This document shows, piece after piece, positions 48,429 through 58,510 of a stretch of 64,000 bases of DNA. The DNA comes from Chloroflexota bacterium (GTDB lineage Bacteria > Chloroflexota > UBA11872 > VXOZ01), in assembly GCA_963662335.2 (NCBI GenBank), contig CAXXVD010000005.1:160001-224000 (forward strand), in the 5' to 3' direction. Made by a program: the position numbers and the translations under genes. Numbering within the stretch: position 1 is the first letter of the stretch; every line of letters begins with the position of its first letter. The notes under the pieces were generated by a model that did not search any database, had not been told where the DNA came from, and saw nothing but the letters and a program-made list of their open reading frames with translations.

Positions 48429-48776
48429 CTACTGCGCCCGGATCACGTTCCCTTCCGGGTCGAGTTCCACCTGGCGAAACGCCTTTCCTGCCCGGAATGA
48501 TTGGCACTGGTTCTCCGGCGCGTCGTCCACCGGCCGGCGGGGGTTGTGCACAATGTCGGCCGCCCAGCCGTTCATTAGATCTTCTGCAAGACACGGCCCG
48601 GACGAGAAGTCCATGCCATCCGCCTTCTGCTGCGCATAGACTTCCTGAGCCAGGGCGATGGCGCGCTCGCGTTCCGCCACCACGTCCGCGCCGGAACTCG
48701 CCAGGCGCACGAGCACGACGATGAAGAGAATCACGAGCAGGAACGCCACCACCAGCGGCAGCACGCGAAAGCGCAT
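48429..48776 (-). CDS. Small membrane-anchored hypothetical protein
   Basis: N-terminal TM; GPCL...HNPR...PENQC...VELD globular part. Confidence 0.65.
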   Translation of the reverse strand: MRFRVLPLVVAFLLVILFIVVLVRLASSGADVVAERERAIALAQEVYAQQKADGMDFSSGPCLAEDLMNGWAADIVHNPRRPVDDAPENQCQSFRAGKAFRQVELDPEGNVIRAQ

Positions 48777-48811
48777 GATGTCGCCCAGCGCGGCTCGACC
48801 CTGGCCCCGCA

Positions 48812-50380
48812 CTATTCTTCCCCGCCGACGAAGCGGTAGTTGCGCAGTTGCGCGCGCTGGCGGGCGTCAACCGGGTAGTTTGCCGTCCATCTGGCGTATT
48901 GCCAGCCGCGCCCCACGCGCTCCTTGTTCTCCATCTCATCCAGACGGATCCAGGCGTGGCTCGGCTGCGGGAAGAGCGCCCAATCGTCCCCGTCCAACGG
49001 CGCGGTGTACCCCGCCAAACGGAAGTGCGCAAAGAGGGCGTCCTTCAATTCCCGCTTTACGTCGGCAAGACCCGGCTCGTGGGCGTGATTCACCAACTCG
49101 CCGCCGCCTTCGACTGAAAGTCGGCCGCCGTCGCGGTAATTCAGCAGTATCTCCAGGCGGTCCGGCGCGCAGTAGATGTACTTCCACTCTGCATTCATGG
49201 CGCAGTACATGCCAAGATTCTTCTCTTTGATTTGCCCAAAGAGATACGGCTTCCCCGGCGCATCCTCACAGCGGGCCGCGTCCAGCAGCGGCGCGCCGTC
49301 AAATTCGCTCCGTTCAGTTTCCACGCCCGCGGCGGCCAGCATGGTAGGGGTAACGTCTTGCAAGCCCGCCAGGTGTTCGCGCGCCACGCCCTGCGGCAGC
49401 GCGTCCGGCCACGAGACGACGTAGGGAATATGGCAGGCCGGTTCATGGAAATTGCGCTTGCCGAACGCATAGTGATCCCCAAGAAACTCACCGTGGTCGG
49501 CCACGAACATGATCAACGTATTTTCGCGCTGGTTCGTCTCCTCCAATGCCTCCAGAATCTCGCCGACCCAACTATCCACGAACGATACGCACGCAAAGTA
49601 GTAGGCCTTCATCGTGCGCAGCAGGTTGTCATCGGGAAAGAGGTCCATCCACTTGCTGCGGTTCTGGCTGCGCTGGAACCACGTGTGCCAGGCAATCTCG
49701 CCTTTGCTCCGCACCGGCAGCGGCATGTCGGTGCTGCGGTAGAGCCGGTGCCACGGTGACGGCGGATCGAAAGGTGGATGCGGTTTGATGAACGACGTCC
49801 AGCAGAAGAACGGCGCGTTTGCATGGGCGCGTTCCTCAATGAAGTCGATGGTGCGTTGCGCCGTCCACGCGGTGGTGTGCAGGCGCTCCGGCAGTTGTGA
49901 AATTTGCGGGATGTAGTAGAGTTCGTGCCGGATGCCGTGCGGCTCTTCCACATGGCCGTAGCCGGCCGCCAGCACGTCTTGCAGGAACTCGTCGTCTGCC
50001 ACCCGGCGGGGAACCTCCTCGCTCAGCCACATGCGGTCGAAGCCGTGCCCCTCGCGCACCGGCGAGAAGTGCATCTTGCCGATCGCCTGTGTGAAGTATC
50101 CGGCCGCGCGCAGCCTGGACATCAGCGTCGGGTGATCCGCGGGCAGCGGGTACCCGTTATCGAAGCTGCCGGTGCGGTGCGGCAGTTGGCCGGTCATGCA
50201 AATCGCCCGCGCCGAGACGCAGACCGGCGACTCCGTGTAGCCGTACGCGAAGCGCACGCCCTCGGCGCAGAGCCGGTCGAGGTTCGGCGTCTGGACGTGC
50301 GGGTTGCCATAGGCGCGCAGCGCGTCGAAGCGCAACTGGTCGCACATGATGAGCAGTAGATTTGGTCGAGACTTGGACAC
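48812..50380 (-). CDS. Sulfatase (formylglycine-dependent, choline-sulfatase-like)
   Basis: PNLLLIMCDQLR, SPVCVSARA (CxxxR), IGKMH, PHPP and DHGEFLGDH motifs; start GTG 50380. Confidence 0.9.
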   Translation of the reverse strand: MSKSRPNLLLIMCDQLRFDALRAYGNPHVQTPNLDRLCAEGVRFAYGYTESPVCVSARAICMTGQLPHRTGSFDNGYPLPADHPTLMSRLRAAGYFTQAIGKMHFSPVREGHGFDRMWLSEEVPRRVADDEFLQDVLAAGYGHVEEPHGIRHELYYIPQISQLPERLHTTAWTAQRTIDFIEERAHANAPFFCWTSFIKPHPPFDPPSPWHRLYRSTDMPLPVRSKGEIAWHTWFQRSQNRSKWMDLFPDDNLLRTMKAYYFACVSFVDSWVGEILEALEETNQRENTLIMFVADHGEFLGDHYAFGKRNFHEPACHIPYVVSWPDALPQGVAREHLAGLQDVTPTMLAAAGVETERSEFDGAPLLDAARCEDAPGKPYLFGQIKEKNLGMYCAMNAEWKYIYCAPDRLEILLNYRDGGRLSVEGGGELVNHAHEPGLADVKRELKDALFAHFRLAGYTAPLDGDDWALFPQPSHAWIRLDEMENKERVGRGWQYARWTANYPVDARQRAQLRNYRFVGGEE

Positions 50381-50691
50381 TAGCCGTCCCCTTTCAAGAA
50401 GCCGAGGCCTGTTAATGCGCCGCGCCAGCACAGGAACGCATGCGCAGTTTCGGCGCTGCTCCCATCTCTCCGTGACCGGGCGGCGCGCGGCTTCTTCAGG
50501 TAAGAAGCCCCGACGCCACGTCACTCCGCCGGAGAGAGTTGCCAGGCAATGCCGGACTATGTTAACTTACGTGGCGCTGCGCAGCCGCGCGTTTTCGCGG
50601 TCTGCCACGGCCGGGAACGAACGCATGAGCAGAAGCATTGTACCGGGTTTTCGCGCTCGCCATTGAACCACGGCAGCGCTGCGTCGGTTGC

Positions 50692-50719
50692 TTGCATCTT
50701 GCGCGGGCATCGGTATAAT
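50692..50719 (+). promoter_or_regulatory. Possible promoter of the ACIII operon
   Basis: TTGCAT-16 nt-TATAAT. Confidence 0.45.
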
Positions 50720-50997
50720 AGACCGAGAAGCGCCGGAAGGCGAAAGAACGAATTGTCTGCCAGTTAGTGTAGTCCAGTTGCCGTAACGCTTGCCAGTTAC
50801 TCGAGAAAGCACCAATTCGTGACAGAGCGGACATACCAGAGACGGCCACACCACGATTACCCTGGCGCCTCGCCAGGGAGTTTAATGTCCACTATCACCT
50901 TGCAGGCGCGCGCACGCGCGCGCGGCCTGTACGTCTTCTCCGTTGATTTGGGACAATCCCTCTCGGCGAACGCTTGTCGTATTCGAGGAGACCGGGC

Positions 50998-51537
50998 ATG
51001 ACCCCTCGCGCGCTGCGCATTACGATTGGCGCTTTGGTTGTCGTCGTTGGACTCCTTGCCATTGGGGCCGTTTCCTGGGTGAGCCTCGCTTCCGACGGTC
51101 CCAAGCAGCCGATCGAGTTCATGCACACGGTGCACGTGGAAGAGAACGACATCGACTGCGTCTTCTGTCACCGCAACGTGGAGACCGGCGCGGAGGCAAC
51201 CATTCCGGCGGTCGAACAGTGCATGATGTGTCACCGCGTGATCAACGGTGAGAATCCCAAGGTGACGAACCCGCTGCACATTGCCGAACTCGCCAAATTG
51301 CAAGCACACTGGGAAAACAGAGAACCGATCGACTGGGTGCGCGTGCACGTGATGCCGGACCACGTGCGTTTCGTACACGCCGCCCACATCAAGGCGGGAT
51401 TTGATTGCGCCACGTGCCACGGTGACGTGGGCTCCATGGAACGGGTCAAGCAGGTGCGCTCGCTCAACATGGGCGACTGCGTGGCCTGCCACCGGGAAAA
51501 CAACGCGCCCACCGACTGCACGATCTGTCACCGCTAG
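50998..51537 (+). CDS. actA: Pentaheme cytochrome c, ACIII subunit ActA
   Basis: N-terminal TM; five CxxCH motifs (CVFCH, CMMCH, CATCH, CVACH, CTICH); QPIEF.H and MG.C motifs. Confidence 0.88.
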   Translation: MTPRALRITIGALVVVVGLLAIGAVSWVSLASDGPKQPIEFMHTVHVEENDIDCVFCHRNVETGAEATIPAVEQCMMCHRVINGENPKVTNPLHIAELAKLQAHWENREPIDWVRVHVMPDHVRFVHAAHIKAGFDCATCHGDVGSMERVKQVRSLNMGDCVACHRENNAPTDCTICHR

Positions 51538-51546
51538 AGGAGAGTC

Positions 51547-53808
51547 ATGCGACGACGCGATGTCCTGAAATTGGCCGGCGCCTCGGGCTTGGGTATCGGC
51601 AGCGGCGTGGCGTTCGTGGGCTGCGGCGCGCCGGAACGCGAGTACCACATTCAGAGTCCGGTGGACATACCGGAAGACACGATTACGGGTCTGGATACCT
51701 GGTACGCCAGCATCTGCCAGGATTCCGGCGACGGCTGCGGTGTGATCGTACGGGTCAAGAGCGGCCGCGCGCGCAAGATCGAGGGCAATCCGGACTACCC
51801 CTTGAACCGCGGCAAGTCCTCCGCCCGCGCGCAGGCGGCCCTGCAAACCCTCTACAATCCGGATAGAATTCCCAATCCCATGGTCCCCAGACAGCGGCGC
51901 GGCTCCGGCCGCTACCGCTTCATGCGCTGGGACGACGTGCTGCCCGAATTTCAGGAAGAGCTCAGCGCTGCTCAAGACGGCGGTATTGTCATGATTACGG
52001 AGCCCGTAAACGGGCACCTGGGCATGATCCTCGAGCGGTTCACCCAAAACATCGGCGCGCGGTGGCTCACGTATGAGCCGCTGGAGCAAGCCGCCGTGCG
52101 GCAGGCCAGCGCGCAAGTGTTTGGGACCACCCGTGTGCCGCAGTTCGACGTCGCGCACACCGACTACGTGCTCTCCATTGGCGGCGCCTTCCTGGAAGGC
52201 GGCGATTCTCCCGTGCACTACGGCCGCGCCTACGGCCACTTCAGGCAGGGTGAGGGCCGCTCCCGGGGCACGTTCGCGCACTTCGACACGCACTTGACCA
52301 TGACGGCGGCCAACGCCGATGAATGGCATCCGGTGAACCCCGGCACGGAGGGCATCCTGGCGCTCAGCATCGCCCACGCCGTCCTCGACGGCGGGACCGT
52401 GCCCCCCGCTCTCCGGCCGCTGACCGGCGGCGAGGGTACGTTCGCGGCCTACGCGGCCGAGAACGTCGCGGACATAACCGGCGTGCCGGCCGACGTTATC
52501 GAGAGTGTGGCCCACGATTTTGCCGCGGCGCCGACCGCGGTCGCCATGGGCGGCGGCAGCGCCGCCGGCCATACCAACGGCCTCTTCAATATGACCGCCG
52601 TCTTCGCCCTCAACCTGCTGAAAGAGAACGTGGGCCGGCAAGGCGGCGTGCTCTTGAACGCGCCGTCGCCGCTGCCGGACATTCCCGCCGACACTCCGGT
52701 GACCTCGTTCCAAGAGTGGGAGGCCTTTCTCAGTGAGATAGACCGGGGCCAGGTACCGCAGGTTCTCTTGATACATGGCGCCAATCCCGTATTCGGCCTA
52801 CCGGGGGTTTTGAACGCGGCCAACATACTGGGAGAGATTCCCTATATCGTCAGTTTCTCCAACGTGCTGGACGAGACCACGGCCTTGGCGGACCTCATAT
52901 TGCCGGACCACCATTACCTGGAGAGTTGGGGCAGCAGCGTGCCGCCTGTAGGCGCGGAATACTCCACCCTGGGCATCCAGCAGCCCGTTGTCCGCCCGTA
53001 CCACCAAGAATTCGAGGGCGCGGCCGGTACGCGCGCCTTTGCCGACGTGCTGCTTGGCCTCGCGCAAACTATAGGCGGGTCGCTTGCCGAAGCGCTGCCG
53101 TGGGAGTCGATGCGTGACGCCATCCGCGCCAGCGTCGATGAGTTGCAGGCCCGCGGCGACGGCTCGGTGACCAGCGACGACCCGGAAGCATTCTGGATTT
53201 CCGTCTTGCAGCGCGGCGGCTGGTGGATTCCGGCCGAGAGTGTACCCGCAAACGAGCCGGACTTGACCGGTGTGGCGCTGGCGGAACCGGACTTCAGCAG
53301 TGCCGCCCAGGACTATCCGTATCACCTGATCGTGACACCGTCCGTCTTGCTGGGTGACGGCAGCGGCAGCCTGGCCGCGTCGCCGTGGCTGCAATCAACC
53401 GCCGACCCCATGACCACCGGTGTCTGGAGTACGTGGATTGCCCTGAACCCCAAGACGATGGAAACGCTGGGCATCGCGGAGAACGACATCGTGCGCATCA
53501 CGTCCGTTGCCGGCTCGCTGTTGGCGCCCGCGTACCCGTATCCCGGCATTGGCGAAGGCGTGGTCAGCGTGCCGCTCGGCCAGGGTCACAGCCAACTCGG
53601 GCGCTACGCCGAGAATCGCGGGGAGAACGCGCTGCGAATCCTGGCGCCGGTAGTTCAGGAGCAGACCGGGGCCCTAGCCTGGTCGGCGACGCGCGTGCGC
53701 ATCGCCCGCACGGGACGGCGTACCCGTTTGCCGCGCATCGAGGGTATCACCGCGCCGGTGCAAATGCCCGACGAGCAGACGTTCCAAATCACGAACGAGA
53801 CCCATTAG
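51547..53808 (+). CDS. Tat-exported molybdopterin oxidoreductase-like subunit (ActB1/QrcB-like)
   Basis: Tat motif RRDVLK followed by FVGC; KIEGNPDYPLNRG, LYNPDR, DETTALADLILP and GQGH motifs. Confidence 0.85.
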   Translation: MRRRDVLKLAGASGLGIGSGVAFVGCGAPEREYHIQSPVDIPEDTITGLDTWYASICQDSGDGCGVIVRVKSGRARKIEGNPDYPLNRGKSSARAQAALQTLYNPDRIPNPMVPRQRRGSGRYRFMRWDDVLPEFQEELSAAQDGGIVMITEPVNGHLGMILERFTQNIGARWLTYEPLEQAAVRQASAQVFGTTRVPQFDVAHTDYVLSIGGAFLEGGDSPVHYGRAYGHFRQGEGRSRGTFAHFDTHLTMTAANADEWHPVNPGTEGILALSIAHAVLDGGTVPPALRPLTGGEGTFAAYAAENVADITGVPADVIESVAHDFAAAPTAVAMGGGSAAGHTNGLFNMTAVFALNLLKENVGRQGGVLLNAPSPLPDIPADTPVTSFQEWEAFLSEIDRGQVPQVLLIHGANPVFGLPGVLNAANILGEIPYIVSFSNVLDETTALADLILPDHHYLESWGSSVPPVGAEYSTLGIQQPVVRPYHQEFEGAAGTRAFADVLLGLAQTIGGSLAEALPWESMRDAIRASVDELQARGDGSVTSDDPEAFWISVLQRGGWWIPAESVPANEPDLTGVALAEPDFSSAAQDYPYHLIVTPSVLLGDGSGSLAASPWLQSTADPMTTGVWSTWIALNPKTMETLGIAENDIVRITSVAGSLLAPAYPYPGIGEGVVSVPLGQGHSQLGRYAENRGENALRILAPVVQEQTGALAWSATRVRIARTGRRTRLPRIEGITAPVQMPDEQTFQITNETH

Positions 53809-53844
53809 CAACGGGGAGAGACGGCGCGAAATGCGGAGCATATC

Positions 53845-54651
53845 ATGAGACAGGCCGTAGAAGGAACAGAACAAGACACCGATAAGCCGGTGGCGAGCAT
53901 TGGCCGCCGCTGGGGCATGGTGGTAGACCTGGACCGCTGCACCGGCTGCCAGGCCTGCGTCGTTGCCTGCCACGCGGAGAACAACATCGCGCTCAATCTG
54001 GAAGACGTGGTGCTCCAGCAGCGGGCGATGAACTGGATTCGCATCGAGCGCTACTGGGAAGGCGAATACCCCAACGTCAAGGCGCGCTTCCTGCCCATGT
54101 TCTGCCAGCACTGCAACAACGCGCCCTGCGAACCGGTCTGCCCCGTGTACGCTACCTACCACAACCAGGAAGGCCTGAACGTCCAGGTCTACAACCGCTG
54201 CATCGGCACGCGCTACTGCGCCAACAACTGCCCCTACCACGCGCGCTTCTTCAACTTCTGGGAACGCGACCTGGAGGACTCCCACGCCGAGTACCTGAAC
54301 CCCAACGTCACCGTGCGCACCAAGGGCATCATGGAGAAGTGCACGTTCTGCGTGCAGCGCATTCGCAAGAGCGAGTGGGAGCGGCGGCAGGCCGACGAAG
54401 AGTTGCAGGACGGCGACGTGCAGCCCGCCTGCGTGCAGGCCTGCCCGACCGACACCCTCGTCTTCGGCAATCTGGAAGATGAAGATTCGCGGGTCGCCAA
54501 ATTGGCGCAGAACAAGCGCCACTACCGCGTAATGGAAAACCTTGGCACCGATACCAACGTGATCTACTTGAAGAAGGTTGATCCGCATGCAAGCGAGACA
54601 GCACCAGCACACGCTGGATCCGCTGCCGACACCAGCAGAAATAGCGCGTGA
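53845..54651 (+). CDS. Fe-S subunit (ActB2/QrcC-like)
   Basis: CTGCQACVVAC, CQHC...PCEPVCP, CIGTRYCANNCPY (3Fe-4S type) and EKCTFC...ACVQACP motifs. Confidence 0.9.
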   Translation: MRQAVEGTEQDTDKPVASIGRRWGMVVDLDRCTGCQACVVACHAENNIALNLEDVVLQQRAMNWIRIERYWEGEYPNVKARFLPMFCQHCNNAPCEPVCPVYATYHNQEGLNVQVYNRCIGTRYCANNCPYHARFFNFWERDLEDSHAEYLNPNVTVRTKGIMEKCTFCVQRIRKSEWERRQADEELQDGDVQPACVQACPTDTLVFGNLEDEDSRVAKLAQNKRHYRVMENLGTDTNVIYLKKVDPHASETAPAHAGSAADTSRNSA

Positions 54652-55960
54652 CACGTTCAGCCGGGCGCTAGGCAGCAGCGGGGCCTACCGGCTCACGCTG
54701 CTCGTCCTGTTCGTGCTGTTTCTCGGCGGCGTCGCCGGCTTTGCCATACGGCTGGGCGCCGGCCTGGAAGACCGCGGGCCGTGGGGCTACTACGCCGCCG
54801 TTTTCGGCTTCCTCTTCACCGTCGGCCAGGCGGCGCCCATGGTCTCGTTCGTGCCGCGCCTGGCGCGCGCCCGCTGGCACGGGCCGCTGACCCGCGCCTC
54901 GCAGGTGGTGGCCGTCGCCGGACTGCTGAACGTGCTGCTCTTCATACCGCTGCTCTGGCTGGTGCCCTCCAGCGCCGTACGTACCACGGTCTGGTTCGAT
55001 TGGCCGTGGGGCGCGCCGCACTTCTACGACACGATCTTCGTGCTCATGCTCGTGGTCAACGGCTTCGCCTTCCTCTGGGTGCAGGCCATACCGGACCTCG
55101 CCGCCCTGCGCGTGCAAAGCGGCGGCACGCACCGTTTGGCCCGGCTGCTCTCCGGTTCGTTTATCGGCACGCCCAAGCAGTGGAAAGTGCAGCGCATCGG
55201 CTTGGCCGTCTTGGGCGGCTGCTACGTGATGAACTTCATCTTCGTGCAGTCCCTCATCAGTCTCGATTATGTAATGACGCTCGTGCCGGGGTGGAAGAGT
55301 TCGATGTTCCCGGCCTTCTATAGCATCAACGGCTTGCTCGCAGCGACGGCCATGACCATCGTCGTCATGGCGGTGATTCGCCGCTTCTATGGGCTCCAGC
55401 GGTACATCACCGTGGATCAATTCTGGAACGTGGCCAAGATCATGCTCGCGCTCAATCTGGCGTGGGCCTACCACTGGTGGGCGGACTTCCTCACCACGTG
55501 GTACGGGCGCGTGCCCCGTGAGACGGTGGTCATCATCGGCACGCGCAGCTTTGGCGAAAACGTGTGGCTCTTCGTCGCCGCCTTCTTCTGTTGCTTCGTG
55601 CTGCCGCTGCTCATCTTGATGTGGAATCCCTGGCGCAAGAGCGTGGCCGGCCCGACGGTGGTGGCGGTGCTTTCCCTGATTGGCATCTTCATCCAACGCA
55701 TCATCGACTACGTGCCCGCCTACCTCAATACGCAAGACCCCCTGGACCATGAGTTGCACGAAGCAATCGCGATACCCTGGCCCGGTCTGCCGGACGTGCT
55801 CATCATCGTCGGCGGCATCGCGGGGGCCGTCTTCCTCGTAACGTGGGCGGTCAAAGCCTTAGGGCCGCTCTCGAACTGGGAGATGCAAGAGGGCGTCATC
55901 CTGCGCCGCAATGAGAAGTTCCTGAACGCTGAGGTGCCGTATGTCATCAAGCCGCAGTAG
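54587..55960 (+). CDS. NrfD/PsrC-family membrane subunit, ActF-like
   Basis: About 10 TMs, paralogous to the next gene but lacking the HxGRPW and SPLxWD motifs. Confidence 0.72.
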   Translation: MQARQHQHTLDPLPTPAEIARDTFSRALGSSGAYRLTLLVLFVLFLGGVAGFAIRLGAGLEDRGPWGYYAAVFGFLFTVGQAAPMVSFVPRLARARWHGPLTRASQVVAVAGLLNVLLFIPLLWLVPSSAVRTTVWFDWPWGAPHFYDTIFVLMLVVNGFAFLWVQAIPDLAALRVQSGGTHRLARLLSGSFIGTPKQWKVQRIGLAVLGGCYVMNFIFVQSLISLDYVMTLVPGWKSSMFPAFYSINGLLAATAMTIVVMAVIRRFYGLQRYITVDQFWNVAKIMLALNLAWAYHWWADFLTTWYGRVPRETVVIIGTRSFGENVWLFVAAFFCCFVLPLLILMWNPWRKSVAGPTVVAVLSLIGIFIQRIIDYVPAYLNTQDPLDHELHEAIAIPWPGLPDVLIIVGGIAGAVFLVTWAVKALGPLSNWEMQEGVILRRNEKFLNAEVPYVIKPQ

Positions 55961-56019
55961 GACACCGCACGCGCTGCGCCAGCCGTTTGCAGTGCGGCAT
56001 ATCAAGGAGACAAGACCCC

Positions 56020-57387
56020 ATGCATGAGCGCCCCCGGCTCACGCCAATCCAGATAAACCGAGACCTGCTCCGGTCGTGCCTGGAGACGCCGCTGGTCTTC
56101 TACGTGCTGCTGCTGCTCTTGATGGGCCTGGTGGGGCTGGGCGTGGTTGCGGCCACGTTGCTGGTGACCTACGGCCTGGGCGTCACCGGCCTCAACCACC
56201 CGGTCTTCTGGGGATTCTTCATCATCAACTTCGTCTTCTGGGTCGGCATCAGCCACGCCGGCACCATGATCTCGGCCATCCTGCGCCTATCGGCGGCGGA
56301 ATGGCGGCGGCCCGTGGTGCGAGCGGCAGAGGTTATGACCGTCTTCTCCCTCATGACCGCCGCGCTCTTCGTGGTGCTCCACACCGGCCGCCCGTGGCGC
56401 ACGCTCTACTGGGCGTTCCCCTACGACTTCGTGCGCGGCATCTGGCCCGACGTGCGTTCGCCGCTGGTGTGGGACCCCAGCGCCATCTTTACGTACCTTA
56501 CCGGCAGTATCCTCTTCGTCTACGCCGCCTTGATCCCCGACCTGGCGTTGGCGCGCGATAAGACGACCGGTTGGCGGCGGCTGGTCTACGGCGTGCTCTG
56601 CCTGGGCTGGCGCGGCAACGCGCGCCAGTGGAAACTGCTCAACGCGACGGGTCTGCTGCTCTCGGCGCTCATCCTGCCGGTGTTCGTCTCCGTCCATAGT
56701 ATTGTGTCGTGGGACTTCGGCATGTCGCTGGTGCCCGGTTGGCACGTGCACATCTTCGCGCCGTATTTCGTGGTCGGCGCGGTGCTTTCGGGCGTTGCGG
56801 CCGTGATCGCCCTGATGGCGGTGATGCGCTCCCTCTTCCGCCTCCACGACTACATTCGCCCGGAACACTTCGACATGATCGGGCGGCTGCTCATCGTCGT
56901 CGCCTTGGCTTGGGCGTACTTCTACTTCATCGACGTCATCTTCGCGCTCTTGAGCAAGGAAGAGGCGGAGTATGAGGTGATGAAACTGCGGCTCTCGCCG
57001 CCGTACCTCTACCTGTTCCTCTTGATGATCGTCTGCAACGTCTTCCTGCCGGTGCCGATTTGGATGTTCAGGCGCTTCCGCCGCAACATCGGCATCATGG
57101 TCTGGACGGCCATCGTGGTCAACATCGGCATGTGGCTGGAGCGTTTCTTGATCATCATTCCCACCTTGCAGCGGCGGCATCCCGACGCCTTCGCCTGGGG
57201 CGACTACTCCGCCAGTCTCGTCGAGATCTCGCTGGTAATCTTCTCGTTCGCCAACGTCGGACTACTGCTGTTACTCTTCTCCAAGGTATTCCCCGTCATC
57301 CCGATTTGGGAAGAGAAAGAGGGGCACATCTGGAAACGTGAATTCCGCATTGGCAAACTGCGTTTGCCCGCAATAGTGAGAGAATAG
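56020..57387 (+). CDS. actC: ACIII quinol-oxidising membrane subunit ActC
   Basis: FVFWVGISHAGT, RAAEVMT, HTGRPW, RSPLVWD, SVHSIVSWDF and GMWLERF motifs. Confidence 0.88.
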   Translation: MHERPRLTPIQINRDLLRSCLETPLVFYVLLLLLMGLVGLGVVAATLLVTYGLGVTGLNHPVFWGFFIINFVFWVGISHAGTMISAILRLSAAEWRRPVVRAAEVMTVFSLMTAALFVVLHTGRPWRTLYWAFPYDFVRGIWPDVRSPLVWDPSAIFTYLTGSILFVYAALIPDLALARDKTTGWRRLVYGVLCLGWRGNARQWKLLNATGLLLSALILPVFVSVHSIVSWDFGMSLVPGWHVHIFAPYFVVGAVLSGVAAVIALMAVMRSLFRLHDYIRPEHFDMIGRLLIVVALAWAYFYFIDVIFALLSKEEAEYEVMKLRLSPPYLYLFLLMIVCNVFLPVPIWMFRRFRRNIGIMVWTAIVVNIGMWLERFLIIIPTLQRRHPDAFAWGDYSASLVEISLVIFSFANVGLLLLLFSKVFPVIPIWEEKEGHIWKREFRIGKLRLPAIVRE

Positions 57388-57397
57388 GGAGGCAACC

Positions 57398-57910
57398 ATG
57401 CCCAGCGTAATGGGACTATTCCAATCGGCGGACACCGCGGCCGCGGCCGCGGACCGCTTGCAGGCATCTGGGTTTGGCCCGGCGGACTATGAGGTCTTGA
57501 CCGGCGCGCCCTACCCGGAAGGCGCCTTTGGCGAAGATTCGGGAGACCATCGTCTCTTCATCTTCCCCCTGGGCGGCGCGATGATCGGCTTTGCCGTCGG
57601 CCTGATGGTGACGGCCGGCACGCAACTCTCCTATCCGCTCGTTACGGCGGGCAAGCCCATCCTGGGCATACCGCCCATGTTCATCATCATGTATGAAGGC
57701 ACGATGCTGGGGGCGCTCATCTTTACCATCATGGGCGTGATCTTCGAGTCGCGCTTGCCTAACCTCACCAACGACCTCTACGACGCGCGCATTACCGAGG
57801 GTTATGTGGGGCTGGTGGTGCGCTGCGAGGACGACGCGCAAGCCGAGACGGCCCAGACAACTCTTACCGAAGCGGGCGCTGAAGAGGTAAAGCGCCAAGA
57901 AAAGAGCTAA
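57398..57910 (+). CDS. actD: ACIII subunit ActD (DUF3341)
   Basis: MGLF, PYP, two TMs, YPLVTAGKP, IMYEGTML, YDARI and GAEEV motifs. Confidence 0.85.
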   Translation: MPSVMGLFQSADTAAAAADRLQASGFGPADYEVLTGAPYPEGAFGEDSGDHRLFIFPLGGAMIGFAVGLMVTAGTQLSYPLVTAGKPILGIPPMFIIMYEGTMLGALIFTIMGVIFESRLPNLTNDLYDARITEGYVGLVVRCEDDAQAETAQTTLTEAGAEEVKRQEKS

Positions 57911-57915
57911 CCGGA

Positions 57916-58491
57916 ATGCCAGACCGGCTCCATCTACATGGCCTGTTCCGCGCGGTGCGGGAAAACTCCCGCGCGCGCTGGCTGGCGTTGAGCGTTGTCT
58001 CCAGCGTGCTGCTGGCCGGGCTGCTCTCGTCCTGCTACGGCTACCTCTGGGACGTCTTTCCGGAGATGCACTACCAGCAGTCCTACCGGCTGCAGGAGCC
58101 GCCGCGGCGGCTGCCGCCCACGGAGTCCGTGCCGGTGACCGGCAGAGCGCGGGAGTACAGCTTTGCGGAAGCCGAGGAAGTAGCGAACCCGCTCGCCAGC
58201 ACGCCGGCAGGCATCAAGGCCGGCTCTCAGTTGTTCCAGACGAACTGCAAACACTGCCACGGCGGGGAAGGCCGGGGCGACGGCCCGGCCGGTCTCTACT
58301 TCGAACCGACGCCGCAACCGATGCAGGGCGAGCGCGTTACCGAGCGCTCAGACGGCGCAATCTACTGGATTCTCACCAACGGCACCGGCAACATGCCCTC
58401 GTTTGGCAACCTGCTGACCGCCGAAGAAAAGTGGCAACTCATACTCTACATTCGCTCGCTACAGGCAGCGGAACAGCAGTCAAGCGGCTAA
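57916..58491 (+). CDS. actE: Monoheme cytochrome c lipoprotein, ACIII subunit ActE
   Basis: Lipobox LLSSC, MHYQ, CKHCHG..G.GDG, DG.IYW.LTNG.GNMP motifs. Confidence 0.85.
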   Translation: MPDRLHLHGLFRAVRENSRARWLALSVVSSVLLAGLLSSCYGYLWDVFPEMHYQQSYRLQEPPRRLPPTESVPVTGRAREYSFAEAEEVANPLASTPAGIKAGSQLFQTNCKHCHGGEGRGDGPAGLYFEPTPQPMQGERVTERSDGAIYWILTNGTGNMPSFGNLLTAEEKWQLILYIRSLQAAEQQSSG

Positions 58492-58510
58492 CGACCGGAG
58501 ATAGCGACTC

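Noticed and set aside
50943-50956. FNR/CRP box before actA (TTGAT-N4-GACAA)
   Set aside because: Poor right half-site and located downstream of the candidate promoter
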